A stretch of DNA of 64,000 nt. Origin: Eukaryota sp. GEM-RC1. Lineage: Eukaryota. Location: assembly GCA_040285855.1 (NCBI GenBank), contig JAUFOQ010000018.1, positions 434,001-498,000 on the forward strand. The letters are read 5' to 3'. Both the position numbers and the translations under genes were made by a program. Shown piece after piece: positions 1-14,600 of this stretch; the stretch's first letter is position 1; each line of letters opens with the position of its first letter. The notes under the pieces are model-generated. The model was not told the DNA's origin. It saw nothing but the letters and a program-made list of their open reading frames with translations, and did not search any database.

Positions 1-2471
1 GAGAGAAAATTTGTTCTAATAGAATTAAATTTCTTGGCAAATGTTTCAGTAAGGGAATAGTCTAATCAACGTAAAAAATGATTAATTTTCCCGGAAAAAC
101 AGACCTGAAGCATAGCAAAGGAAACATGTTTGCTCACATCTAAAGATAATATTTGATTTAGTTTTTCTTCAATTGTAGTTAATGAACTCTCCAATTCTGA
201 ATGAATTTTCTCATAATTTCCCAAAAACGTGCCAAGGAAACGAAAACATTGAGTAGAATAATCGATGATAGGAATATTACAAAAACCAAGATTAGAAACA
301 TTCGAAGACTTAACAACAAGAAAACACTTATCAAAATTGATTGTTAAACCAATACTCAAAGAAAGTTCGATGAAACGTGAAAAACACTTTTTGAGAACGT
401 CAACTGGAGCGATCAGCGAAGAATCATCAGCATAAGCACAAATTTTAACAGTTGGAAATTCTAATTGTAAGATTTTAAATAATTTTTGCAGAGCGAGACA
501 AAACAAAAAAGGACCCAAAGGATCACCTTGCTTAACCCCTCTAGTTGATTTAATATCAAACTTGTCATAAATTAAATTCGACGCTTTACCATAAAAAAAT
601 ATTAAAATAGGGAATCAACTGAGGAAAAAATTTAGAAAGTTCGTCAGATATAGTTGATCTTAAAACACAATTAAATGCATTTTTAAAATCAATGTTCAAA
701 ATGGCATTTTCCTCATTTGAATGAAAAAGAAAATCAGAGGTTAAAGCAGCACACGTAGTACCATCAGGAACTCCAACTGCAAATTGAAACGGTCTAAAGA
801 ATTCAACAGAGGAATCTCTGACTCTCCTAAAGCACAAAGTTGAAAAAATACGAGAAATTGTTTCACCCACTGCAATTGGTCTCACACCTCCATTTGGTTT
901 GCTTAAAGCCACTAATCTAGAAGAGCAAAGAGCATGAGGTAATTTCTTTGTGCCTAATAAAACTTCATTAAAGAAAACAGCAAGATCTTCACAAATTTCA
1001 GGAACAGCATCAACGGCAATTTTAAAATGATCAAAACTCATTCCAGAAGGACCAGCAGCACGACCAGAAGGGGATGACGAAATTAATTGTAAAATTTCAT
1101 CAACTAAAACCGGTTTGTTAGTCCAGTACGACATGGAAAGTTCACCAAAAACCGGATTGCCTGAAAATTCTTCAACAGGGTGTAATTTTTTCAGTTTTTC
1201 AACAGTTTCAACAGAAACTTCAGCTGGAAGTGTGTGATTAAGGGAGGACAAAGCAGAAGAAAACTGACCTCGTAAAACAAGATTTTGAAATCTTTTAGCA
1301 ATAAACTTATCACTAACTTGAGACTTAAGAACAGGTTTAATTTTTCTATTGGACTTCTTAACAATTGACAACATATATCGCCAAAAGGTGCGGGATTCCA
1401 AATTCCACCACGTAAAATTTGTGTCACACTTCTAAGAGCAGTCCCGACATTAACGGCCGCCATTGGAGATATCATGATAGGAATTCTAAATTGTGGACGA
1501 CATACATCAATAGGTGAACAATCAAAACACACAAGAAGTGGACGATTGGATTTATTTTTCCCAGAAACAGATTTAGCACAAAAAAGACAGGTCAATGAAA
1601 TTGATGAATTAATTTTAGGCTCACAAACAGTCTCTTGGAAATCAAGAACAGACTGTTTAGACTCAACAGACAAAACAACTTCGGCAATCTTGGCATCATC
1701 TGAAGCAGACTTCCTAGTAGGGCAATTACGTCGATCATGACCACCCAGTTTGCACACACCACACTTTCTACTAGACTCATGCATCGATTCAGCAACAACT
1801 GGCCGAGAAATACAAGTATTATCTGACGATGTAAGACCAACCAAAGGAATACAAGCAGAAAAATTCGGAGCAATTGCCTCATTCAAAACATTCTGAACTA
1901 ATGGACTTATAGAAGAGGAAGATTTAACAGAAAAAATAGCTGTACTTCCATCAAAAACAGAAGATACAACCTTAGAAGGAGGAGAAATAGAACGAAGAGA
2001 AGAAGATTGAATGGATGAAGAAAAAGTAGCTGTACTTCCATCAAAAACAGAAGTTACAACCTTAGAAGGAGGAGAAGTAGAACGAAGAGAAGAAGATTGA
2101 TTGGATGAAGAAAAAGAAGAAAAAGACGGGTTTCGAGCTAAGTACTTAAGAGAAGAGACAGAACAACTTCCATCAAAGACAGAAGAAACAGCTTTAAGAG
2201 GAGAAGAAGCAGAACGAACTGAAGAAGGTTGGTTGGAGGCAAAGACAGAAGAATGAGATGACTTACGAACTAAACGATTTGAAAGCCGAGCATACCCCCG
2301 AACAGGAGCAGCAAGAGGAGGAGTAGTAATAGAGGAAGAAGAAGTACCTGCCAGTTTTTTAGCCAGATGATATGGTAATTTGGACTTACCCTTCACAACA
2401 CCAGAGTCAGAAGACTCACGGTTAGAAAGAGAAAGACTGCCAGACAATATGGCAGAATTTCTTAAAGACAT
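1..2471 (-). mobile_element. CRE-like RLE-clade non-LTR retrotransposon, 5' part (Ser-rich N-terminus, CCHC knuckle, reverse transcriptase); runs off window start
   Basis: ATG at 2471 (MSLRNSAIL), CCHC knuckle CGVCKLGGHDRRNC, RT motifs AAGPSG, VRPIAVGE, QFAVG, IDFKNAFN, GVKQGDPLGPFLFCLAL, AYADD, FLG. The three ORF pieces join at A/T homopolymers (~1385, ~595); one in-frame TGA at 66-68. Confidence 0.9.
1939..2235. repeat. Three imperfect coding repeats in the retrotransposon N-terminus
   Basis: QSSSLRS(T/I)SPPSKVV(T/S)SVFDGS repeated twice near-identically (~1939-2010, ~2029-2100) plus a degenerate third copy. Confidence 0.8.
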
Positions 2472-3716
2472 GAAGGCAAAAAAAACTAATGTTAACCTTC
2501 TTGCCAAATTCACATCACAATTGATTAAAGATGACAAAAACAGTTGAGCTGTTTTTGACAAGTTATATTGGTAACCACACTACAGTGTACATGCATCTAA
2601 TAATCAATGTCCTCAAAGACGGTTGAACTGAAATTCAACCATAAATATAAAATATACCGAAATTTCAATAAATTTAAATACCGTATGGTTGAAAAACCAA
2701 AGCATTATGTCTTTTTGAATTCAATTTAAGAATACAATCACAATAACGAAGACATTTCATATATCTTCAGCATTAACCAATAGATCATACAATGTTTTGC
2801 TACTAGCAGTATCATTACATGGATCCACAGTGGAGAAATCCAAAACAACTTCTTCACAATTTAATCATGGACTAATTAAATCGCCACGACTCTTATCACG
2901 AATGAAAGAATCAGAAAACGCGGACAATAGGGGTTCAATTTTACCATGAAATCCGTTTGATTTAAATCCAGAAAGTCATTGTTCACGAATACTGATGTGA
3001 AGGACAGAACTCATATGAATAAATTCAGGGCAATTAACAATGTGATGAAGCCTGCTTTGAAGCACTACAGATGCACTTAGACTGTTGAAGTAAGCCATTA
3101 CGCCAGAGCCCCAATCTCAAACGCATGTTAATTACCCATTCTTGATCACTCAAATTAAAATTGAAGCGTTGATGATAGACAAAAGAAGACGCACCAGCAC
3201 TTGAAACGTCCGTTAAAAAAGCACATTGGAAGTGAGAAAATAGAGCGTCTTGGGAATTCACTCACTGAAACAGGAAACCATTCTTCGGCATTAAAAAAAA
3301 CGGATTTATGTACGGAGAAAAACACATAACAAGATAAGTACAAATAAATAAACACTATTAAAACAAATTATCAAACGAACTACCTAATTCCGAAAAGTAG
3401 TTGCCTCCAAACAACTTGGACAAAATGGAATCAATCAGCATTAAGATTTTCGATAAAATTATTCAAGCCCAGAAGCACAAACATTGTGATCAAGATATAC
3501 CACCAGCAGTCCAACAATCTTTGAACCGTTCACGAAATTAATATGAAGAATTAATGAGTCATCCTAGAAAGGACCCTTCGGGTAAATATTTTGCTTTTGA
3601 GAATCCAATTCCAACAAATTCTGCTGAACTAAAACAATGAACAGGTAATGAATCATCATTGCCTACTAAACTACCTATACATTTTGTTTTCATTTTGCCA
3701 AAATTTCTTGAATAAT

Positions 3717-4350
3717 AAAGACAGTTTATTGATGGAGGGTACAAAAATACATATCATAATCAAAGCTATGAAACACTAGACACCGAAAATTCCTGGTCAA
3801 AAGTACCACAGTTTTTATACAACTTTGTGAAAATTGATTCAAAGAACTTAGGCACCGAACGGAACAAAGAAAACAAACGGTTATGCCAAATTGATAAGTT
3901 AAATCTCTTATTCTGAGACTTACACATAGATCCAAAATCAGTTAAAAACTTGGAAGCCATTTCGCCAATACTACCGAAAATAGAAATAGCAAATGGAACA
4001 AATACAAATTTTGAATATATATACATTTTGATTGAGTTTAGCAGCATCTTTGGAATACAAATCAATTTTACGGTTTTCAGCTGTTTCTAGGTGATTAAAA
4101 CCTTTTGAATTCAAGCTATTAACATAAGTTTGAGCACATGGATCTACTGTTATAACATCAAGGATAATTTGACTAGAATCAACAAAAGGACCATGTAAGT
4201 CACCTCGACGAGAATTATTAATTAAATCAAGACCCAACTTACTAAATAAAGGTTCAACTTTGGCATGAAATCCATGAGCCTTAAACATTTCAAATGTAAC
4301 ATCTCTTACAGCATTATGAAGAACTGAACGAAATTGAATAAATTTAAAAT
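3717..4350 (-). mobile_element. 5'-truncated RLE non-LTR insertion, present in the full array units
   Basis: RLE C-terminus (HNAVRD, RRGDL, LDVITVDP, AENRK). Flanked by TTGAATAAT at 3708-3716 and 4351-4359. A diverged empty site is seen at ~11450-11470. Confidence 0.75.
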
Positions 4351-5839
4351 TTGAATAATTACAAGTCACTTCAAGAAGAAGATCTCGAAGAATACGATTA
4401 ATTTTTCCTGTGACACAAGCTTGTAACATTGCAAAGCCACTTGTTTGCCGACATCTAAATCCAAGATTTCTTTTAATCGGAACTTTATGTAATATTATTT
4501 ACTTTATTGACAAGTTTTATTGACAACAACAGTACAGTGTACATACATCTAATAATCAATATCCTCAAAGTCCAGATTGCCTATCTGGAAATTTTCACCT
4601 ACCTTATCTGCATAATGGTTGCCAAGAGATGATAAAGCACTAGATACAGAAGTAACCATACCTTTAAAGATAGCAAACACAATTCGACTTTTACAATCTT
4701 CACAAAGATTTCAAGTAGTGATGTTGCAGATTCACCTAAAGAACCGTACACTGAAAATACAAAGGGGTATAACAAGTAATTCGAGTGTGAAGCCGAATTC
4801 AATAGTTTCAATTTAGCACAATATTTTTTCTTTTTTAAATTTTTCATTAATCAACAGAGGGTTTTTATCATTAAGTTTCTTGTTGGAACCATTACAAACG
4901 TCGATAGACACAATATCAGCAATAATGAAAGAACCATCGAGACCAGGAAATATGACATCACCATGGCTATTCCCAAACGATTTGTCAACATCTGTATCAT
5001 CAAACAAACCAGCCAGAACTGGTTCTAAAAAGGAAACTTTTCCATAAGATTTACACATACAATATAATTGATCCCTTACCGAATCATGAACCCTACTTCT
5101 AAAAGAAATAAAACGGTTACAATTCAATAAATGTGTAGGTGTTACAGATTGCTCACATTGACATTTCAAATTATGTGGAAGGTTATCAGGCCAAATATAT
5201 GACCGTAAACGCATGTTTAATGACCAAGAGTTATCATCAAGAAAAAGACCGTAAACTTGAGGGATTTGAGTAATCAGTCATGAAGCAGAGCTATTAGAAA
5301 CATCCATTAAGAAATTACGTGGACCATCGGGTCTTAGCTTTGACCATCTTAAAATTGCTGTTACACATACTGCTGAGGTTGTTGCAGACCTCGCATACTT
5401 TTTCAATTTGATTTGTTCACAACCACACAAATTTCCTCTTGTGTTGAAAAATAGTCGATTAGTAGCTTTATCTATGTTCGACCAATTATTTTTCCCGAAC
5501 ATACAATTTCATCCACTCGTGGTGTCAAGAAAGGTGCTCCTTTGGGCCCTTTTTCTTTTCTGTTTGCCGTTACAAAGAATTTTTCGCAAATTCTCAAGCG
5601 AATTCCCAGGATTAAGGTTGAACTCGTATGCTGATGATACCTCTTTGATTGTCCCTTTGGAAGTCATTAAATCGAGTTTTCCTCGTTTTGTTGAATTTTC
5701 TTCAAGTATTGGTTTGTCAATTAATTTTCAAAAATGTCTTGTCATTGGACGTTCTTCAGTTGATTTGAATTTTTCGGGAATCTTCCATTCCGTTTGTCAA
5801 TTATTCAGATGAATGTGTCCAGTTTTTGGGCAATTATAT

Positions 5840-8197
5840 TAGACCTGTGCAATCCACTCAGATAGTCGACTAAGTCGACTCGTAAACGCAGTCGAGTCGA
5901 GTCGACTCAAGTCATTTATTACATCACATCAAATCACACTACATGTGGTTTATAGATATTATCTTCCATTAAATAGTTCAATAAAGAATACTGAAACAAC
6001 ACCAATTGTCTTTCGTCTTTGTGGTTAAATAATTGAGTGAAGTTACTACATGTAGTACTCAATTTTATTTACACCAATTTCTTGTTTCTCCTCTTTGAAT
6101 GTCTTTACCTCCAACAAAGACCTGCAGAATTCTAACTGTACCAGGTGAAGAGATCACCATATCTTCTGATACTGAACCAGCACCGATAGTGCTATCTCCT
6201 CGTCAAACTTTCCAGGGGCATCGTCACTTCGTTTTACAAGAAGGATGGAAAGTGTGTAAGCTCTGCTCTAACGGCACTTCTTTTGCCTTAAAAACTTCAA
6301 CGACTGTCTTACGGTCTCATCTTAACGAGAAGCATCCCAACTGGGAGGGCCACTCACAACCAACTATTAAAACTGTAGCCCCAAAGATTAGGAGGAGTAC
6401 TACTAAATACATCAACCTTATGTTGGCGAAACTTGTACTGGAAAAATCTTTGTCTTTCAGTTTTGTGAACTCAAAAGCTCTAAAAGAGCTCCTGAACTTG
6501 CTAGCTCCTGGTTATAAGGTTCCCTCTAGATGGACACTTCAACGATCTCTCCATTCTGCCTTTTTGAGAAACAAAGCTGCGATTGCTAAGAAAGTTTCGA
6601 AAATTGCTGCACAATCCTTAACCACAGACCTGTGGACATCAAGATCTCAGGTACCATTTTTAGGTGTGACTGCACACTTTGTAGAGAGTGGAGAACTCAA
6701 AAGCATGGTCCTAGATGTCAAGATGCTTCCGTTTCCACACAATGACGAAGCTATTGCAATCGCAATTAAAGAAATATTGACGGAGTTTGACATTAAGAAG
6801 GTTTTGTGTGTAACCACTGATAACGCAAGAAACATGGTTAACGCGATGGAGTCACTACTTCCTTCCACATCCTCTTATCATGGGAGATGTATGGGACATG
6901 TTCTCAACATTTGTGTCAAAGCTGGTTTGGATTGCTTACAACCCTTTATTGCCAAAATACGAGAGTTTGTTGTTGACCTTCACCGAAGTCCCAAAGTTAG
7001 ACAAGAGTTCAGTGAGTTTTGTAAACGATTAGACTTTCACATTCCTAGTGAGATTGATTTGCAAAGTGGGGATGATGGTGATAACACAGAAGGAGACAAT
7101 AGCTCACAAGAAGATGGCGACAGAAGCTCCCAAGAACTTGCTGAAGATGATAAGCTCCCTGTGATTCCAAAAGGACTGATTCCATTAGATGTCGCTATTC
7201 GTTGGAACAGTTTGTACAGAATGATAAAGAGTTATCACAATTTTGGTTCTGTCATACCTTTGTTCCTTCGAAGTGTTGATAAGAACTTTTTAGCTCTTTC
7301 TCCAGATGAGGAATCTACTCTTAATCAATGCTTAGAACTGCTTAAACCGTTCTTCGCTGTCACTGAAGCTATTTCGGGAGAATCGTACCCCACCATGAGT
7401 TTTCTTTTAGCTGCTTTAACTCATTGTCTCGCTTACCTTTTGCCGAGAGACACAGATGAAACGTTCTTGTCTGAGGCCAAGCAACAAATGAAAGCCAAGT
7501 TTGATACTTATATTCCCTTCATGTACACATTTCCTGCTTTTGTGTGTGCAATCTTAGATCCTCGGTTCAAAAACCAGGTGGTTCCCCAATTAACAAACAA
7601 TTCTGGTTATTTTGAGCAATTAAAGGAGTTAATTAAGAGCCGCAAAACCGAAAAGGGTGTTCAAGAAGTCAGCGAACCAAGACTAGTACCATTTATTCCA
7701 ATTCCAATTCCATGCGGCGACGAACTTTCTCAATACTTAAGTGATCCACTGGCCGTCATAAGTACCAATCCGGTTCTTTGGTGGCATCAAAGTAAAGGCC
7801 GATATCCAATTCTCAGTGATTTGGCTGAAGAATTTTTGTCAATTCAGGCGACCTCTTCTCAAAAACAGGTGATATAGTTTCAAGGAAGCGTTGTTCTTTG
7901 AGTGACGAAAATATTAGAGCATCTGCATGTTTGCAGTCATGGAGCATCTTTCTTGGTGATGAATTTGTGTTATAGCTACTTCAGTACTTATAGACTTTAT
8001 TTGTGATGATATACTAATAGCTTTTCTTGTTTCTTGTTATAAAAATGTCCTGGATTTTGCCCGTTTTATAGACAAATGAATTTCAATGAGTGGTCTATAG
8101 TTACTATCGTTACTCAATAGTCGACTCGAGTCGACTCAAAGCCGAGTCGAGTCGACTCAGATAAATAATTAGTCGAGTCGAGTCGTGCACAGGTCTA
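5840..8197 (+). mobile_element. hAT DNA transposon (2358 bp)
   Basis: Perfect 12-bp TIR TAGACCTGTGCA/TGCACAGGTCTA. 8-bp TSD AATTATAT (5832-5839, 8198-8205). Subterminal GTCGA(C/G) repeats. Empty site GGCAATTATATTGGT in the other array units. Confidence 0.97.
6099..7975 (+). pseudogene. hAT transposase lacking the catalytic Glu segment
   Basis: BED finger CKLC..H..KH, TTDLWTS, TTDNARNM, RCMGH, RWNS, LDPRFK, WW..YP.LS.LA. After IQATS the (S)ER motif is missing and the C-terminus FSKTGDIVSRKRCSLSDENIRASACLQSW continues in another frame to TAG at 7975. Confidence 0.9.
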
Positions 8198-11100
8198 AAT
8201 TATATTGGTAATGTTGGCAAAATTAAGGAGACTTTATCACATAAGAATAATTGTGTCTTTCAGCAGCTTAACTAAATCGATAGATCATTGATCTAGATGT
8301 AGGCAAACAAGTTTCTTTTGCTATGCTGAAGTTTCTTTTGGTGGTAAAATTAATCACTTTTAACGTGGTTTACCGCCTGAACTAACTCTCGAATTATCTC
8401 GTAATTTTAATTCATTGCGCACAAATTTTGTTAGTTATCTGGTTGGTAACAAAGACTCTTCACTTCCTTCTCATTATTTCACTTCTACTTCTTTTGGTGG
8501 TATTGGTTTCCAAGAAAGATAAGTACATGCGTGATGGTGCCTTTTTGGGGCCTTTAAAGAAGTTTTTGTTTGAATTTCAGAATCGTTATCCTGTGTCATG
8601 GAAAACGAACGATTCTTTACTTCACTCACCTTGTACATGGTTAATTAGTCTTCAAAATTTAATTGATAGTCTTGACTCGAATTTGTGGTCAGATTTATTT
8701 CCTGTCGGGGTAACAGAAATTCAGCAGAGAAGCATTTTCTCTTTGCCTTTGTGTGTTCGTAAGTTACAGATAAAGTTTGTTTTGTTTCACGAAAGCTTGG
8801 ACTTTAAAAACCGTATTAGCTTGGCTAAGACTAAGAGTCCCGTTTTTTGTGCTTTTTTGAATGATATTTCTTCAAGTGCTGCGTCTCCATTTGTTTCTCG
8901 TTTGCCAAGAAAATTTTGTTTTAATCTTAAGGATCATGAATGGCTTAACATGATACTTAGGTTAGGTTTATGGATTTCAGGTCTTTTGAAGCATTCTCCT
9001 GTGACTTTGTGGTCGTTCAAAGGCTTCAAATTTTCATCATTTAGTTAACTGTCATCAATTTATTCATTTTGGGTCAATTATTCTCAACAGTATCCGGGAT
9101 ACATGTTTGGATATGTTTAAGGCTAACGGTTTTCATGGAAAAATTAGACCTTTACTTACTAATCTTTCTGATAAGCCAAAAGTTGATAGAAGTCGTGGTG
9201 ATTTGATTGGTCCTTGGTTATCTTGTCAGGAAATTATCATGGATTTCACGACTGTTGATCCTTGTAATTCACGATCAATTTCCAAATTTTTTGATGATTT
9301 TTCTGCTCTTGAAGTGGCTGAAAAAGGAAAAAATACAAAGTACTGTCACTTAATTAACCAATAGAATGTTGACAGATACAATTCTTTTGTGTTTCAACCT
9401 TTTGCAATGTCGATATACGATAATATTGGACCAGCTGCACAAGGTTTTTTAACTTTCTTTGGTAAATTGTGTTCTGAGTACGGTAAAGTTATGAATGAAT
9501 TTTTTTGGTTGAGTAGGTTAACTTTTGCGTTGTTTCATTCAATGCACAGATATTTTAATTCAATTTTAGGTAAGTTGTTCGGTGATGGACAGAAGGATCA
9601 TAGTTCAGATACTTTAGTTAGTGTCTGTTAGTTATTAACTTCTGCAAATTCATTTACTTCAATGACTGATCATAAACCCCGTTTTTTATGACAATTGTAA
9701 AAGAAAAAACATCTAGGACATTTGATCTTAGATTTTGGAAAAATCGAATTGTGTTATCTTTAAAGGTATGGTGACTTCTATCTTGGCAGACATTATGAGA
9801 ATAAGCTACGTGAGAATTTTCACATAGGCAATCTGGACTTTGATGATTATTAGATGTATGTAAACTGTACTGTTGTTGTCAATAAAAACTGTTAGACAAA
9901 AAATAGTTTTGGTTGAATCGTATTGTTTTTACAATATTTAAAACAATTCCTATCATGATTTCAAAAGCTCTATTAGCTCTCAGTGAGAAAAAGCTGATGT
10001 GAGGTGAGATTGTGGCTTTGAGTTCTAGTATTTGTGTTTATGTTAGTTTGTTTTTGTTCCATAGAAGGTGAAATTTCAAGAAAAAACAACTACAGCTTTG
10101 TCCTCATAAAAAAAACTCACAGCTAATATAACTTTGGAGAGGAGATTTTTCCGAACTTACAGTATTCAATAAATAAAATCTTTTGAAACATTGAACGAAA
10201 TATAGAAAAAACAAGAAGGTCCCTCCAAAAACTAATGTTAACCTTCTTGCCAAATTCATATCACAATTGATTAAAAGATGACAAAAACAGTTGAGCTTTT
10301 TTTGACAAGTTATATTGGTAACCACACTACAGTGTACATGCATCTAATAATCAATGTCCTCAAAGACGGTTGAACTGAAATTCAACCATAAATATAAAAT
10401 ATACCGAAATTTCAATAAATTTAAATACCGAATGGTTGAAATACCAAAGCATTATGTCTTTTTGAATTCAATTTAAGAATACAATCACAATAACGAAGAC
10501 ATTTCATATATCTTCAGCATTAACCAATAGATCATACAATGTTTTGCTACTAGCAGTATCATTACATGGATCCACAGTGGAGAAATCCAAAACAACTTCT
10601 TCACAATTTAATCATGGACTAATTAAATCGCCACGACTCTTATCACGAATGAAAGAATCAGAAAACGCGGACAATAGGGGTTCAATTTTACCATGAAATC
10701 CGTTTGATTTAAATAAAGAAAGTCATTGATCACGAATACTGATGTGAAGGACAGAACTCATATGAATAAATTCAGGGCAATTAACAATGTGATGAAGCCT
10801 GCTTTGAAGCACTACAGATGCACTTAGACTGTTGAAGTAAGCCATTACGCCAGAGCCCCAATCTCAAACGCATATTAATTACCCATTCTTGATCACTCAA
10901 ATTAAAATTGAAGCGTTGATGATAGACAAAAGAAGACGCACCAGCACTTGAAACGTCCGTTAAAAAAGCACATTGGAAGTGAGAAAATAGAGCGTCTTGG
11001 GAATTCACTCACTGAAACAGGAAACCATTCTTCGGCATTAAAAAAACGGATTTATGTACGGAGAAAAACACATAACAAGATAAGTACAAATAAATAAACA

Positions 11101-11548
11101 CTATTAAAACAAATTATCAAACGAACTACCTAATTCCGAAAAGTAGTTGCCTCCAAACAACTTGGACAAAATGGAATCAATCAGCATTAAGATTTTCGAT
11201 AAAATTATTCAAGCCCAGAAGCACAAACATTGTGATCAAGATATACCACCAGCAGTCCAACAATCTTTGAACCGTTCACGAAATTAATATGAAGAATTAA
11301 TGAGTCATCCTAGAAAGGACCCTTCGGGTAAATATTTTGCTTTTGAGAATCCAATTCCAACAAATTCTGCTGAACTAAAACAATGAACAGGTAATGAATC
11401 ATCATTGCCTACTAAACTACCTATACATTTTGTTTTCATTTTGCCAAAATTTCTTGACAAATTTCAAGTCACTTCAAGAAGAAGACCTCGAAGAAAGTTA
11501 TTAATTTTTACTGTGACACAAGCTTGTAACATTGCAAAGCCACTTGTT

Positions 11549-11625
11549 AGAGAGAGAATTTATTCGGCACCCAATAAGGTAACCTTCCTACAAACTATGA
11601 AATTGTAAAAACAAACAAATAATAC
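11549..11625 (-). mobile_element. 77-bp retroposed 3'-end fragment with (CT)n tail
   Basis: 11-bp TSD AGCCACTTGTT (11538-11548, 11626-11636). The minus strand ends AATAAA-TTCTCTCTCT. Same sequence family as 30739-30803. Confidence 0.85.
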
Positions 11626-14600
11626 AGCCACTTGTTTGCCGACATCTAAATCCAAGATTTCTTCTAATTGGAAATTTATGTCATATTATTATTCTTATTT
11701 TTAGTTAGTGTCTGTTAGTTATTAACTTCTGCAAATTCATTTACTTCAATGACTGATCATAAACCCCGTTTTTTATGACAATTGTAAAAGAAAATACATC
11801 TAGGACATTTGATCTTAGATTTTGGAAAAATCGAATTGTGTTATCTTTAAAGGTATGGTGACTTCTATCTTGGCAGACATTATGAGAATAAGGTACGTGA
11901 GAATTTCCACATAGGCAATCTGGACTTTGAGGATTATTAGATGTATGTAAACTGTACTGTTGTTGTCAATAAAAACTGTTAGACAAGAAAATAGTTTTGG
12001 TTGAATCGTATTGTTTTTACAATATTTAAAACAATTCCTATCATGATTTCAAAAGCTCTATTAGCTCTCAGTGAGAAAAAGCTGATGTGAGGTGTGATTG
12101 TGGCTTTGAGTTCTAGTATTTGTGTTTATCTTAGTTTTTTTTTGTTCCATAGAAGGTGAAATTTCAAGAAAAAACAACTACAGCTTTGTCCTCATAAAAA
12201 GAACTCACAGCTAATATAACTTTGGAGAGGAGATTTTTCCGAACTTACAGTATTCAATAAATAAAATCTTTTGAAACATTGAACGAAATATAGAAAAACA
12301 AGAAGGTCCCTCCAAAAACTAATGTTAACCTTCTTGCCAAATTCATATCACAATTGATTAAAAGATGACAAAAACAGTTGAGCTTTTTTTTGACAAGTTA
12401 TATTGGTAACCACACTACAGTGTACATGCATCTAATAATCAATGTCCTCAAAGACGGTTGAACTGAAATTCAACCATAAATATAAAATATACCGAAATTT
12501 CAATAAATTTAAATACCGAATGGTTGAAATACCAAAGCATTATGTCTTTTTGAATTCAATTTAAGAATACAATCACAATAACGAAGACATTTCATATATC
12601 TTCAGCATTAACCAATAGATCATACAATGTTTTGCTACTAGCAGTATCATTACATGGATCCACAGTGGAGAAATCCAAAACAACTTCTTCACAATTTAAT
12701 CATGGACTAATTAAATCGCCACGACTCTTATCACGAATGAAAGAATCAGAAAACGCGGACAATAGGGGTTCAATTTTACCATGAAATCCGTTTGATTTAA
12801 ATAAAGAAAGTCATTGATCACGAATACTGATGTGAAGGACAGAACTCATATGAATAAATTCAGGGCAATTAACAATGTGATGAAGCCTGCTTTGAAGCAC
12901 TACAGATGCACTTAGACTGTTGAAGTAAGCCATTACGCCAGAGCCCCAATCTCAAACGCATATTAATTACCCATTCTTGATCACTCAAATTAAAATTGAA
13001 GCGTTGATGATAGACAAAAGAAGACGCACCAGCACTTGAAACGTCCGTTAAAAAAAGCACATTGGAAGTGAGAAAATAGAGCGTCTTGGGAATTCACTCA
13101 CTGAAACAGGAAACCATTCTTCGGCATTAAAAAAACGGATTTATGTACGGAGAAAAACACATAACAAGATAAGTACAAATAAATAAACACTATTAAAACA
13201 AATTATCAAACGAACTACCTAATTCCGAAAAGTAGTTGCCTCCAAACAACTTGGACAAAATGGAATCAATCAGCATTAAGATTTTCGATAAAATTATTCA
13301 AGCCCAGAAGCACAAACATTGTGATCAAGATATACCACCAGCAGTCCAACAATCTTTGAACCGTTCACGAAATTAATACGAAGAATTAATGAGTCATCCT
13401 AGAAAGGACCCTTCGGGTAAATATTTTGCTTTTGAGAATCCAATTGCAACAAATTCTGCTGAACTAAAACAATGAACAGGTAATGAATCATCATTGCCTA
13501 CTAAACTACCTATACATTTTGTTTTCATTTTGCCAAAATTTCTTGAATAATAAAGACAGTTTATTGATGGAGGGTACAAAAATACATATCATAATCAAAG
13601 CTATGAAACACTAGACACCGAAAATTCCTGGTCAAAAGTACCACAGTTTTTATACAACTTTGTGAAAATTGATTCAAAGAACTTAGGCACCGAACGGAAC
13701 AAAGAAAACAAACGGTTATGCCAAATTGATAAGTTAAATCTCTTATTCTGAGACTTACACATAGATCCAAAATCAGTTAAAAACTTGGAAGCCATTTCAC
13801 CAATACTACCGAAAATAGAAATAGCAAATGGAACAAATACAAATTTTGAATATATATACATTTTGATTGAGTTTAGCAGCATCTTTGGAATACAAATCAA
13901 TTTTACGGTTTTCAGCTGTTTCTAGGTGATTAAAACCTTTTGAATTCAAGCCATTAACATAAGTTTGAGCACATGGATCTACTGTTATAACATCAAGGAT
14001 AATTTGACTAGAATCAACAAAAGGACCATGTAAGTCACCTCGACGAGAATTATTAATTAAATCAAGACCCAACTTACTAAATAAAGGTTCAACTTTGGCA
14101 TGAAATCCATGAGCCTTAAACATTTCAAATGTAACATCTCTTACAGCATTATGAAGAACTGAGCGAAATTGAATAAATTTAAAATTTGAATAATTACAAG
14201 TCACTTCAAGAAGAAGATCTCGAAGAATACGATTAATTTTTCCTGTGACACAAGCTTGTAACATTGCAAAGCCACTTGTTTGCCGACATCTAAATCCAAG
14301 ATTTCTTTTAATCGGAACTTTATGTAATATTATTTACTTTATTGACAAGTTTTATTGACAACAACAGTACAGTGTACATACATCTAATAATCAATATCCT
14401 CAAAGTCCAGATTGCCTATCTGGAAATTTTCACCTACCTTATCTGCATAATGGTTGCCAAGAGATGATAAAGCACTAGATACAGAAGTAACCATACCTTT
14501 AAAGATAGCAAACACAATTCGACTTTTACAATCTTCACAAAGATTTCAAGTAGTGATGTTGCAGATTCACCTAAAGAACCGTACACTGAAAATACAAAGG

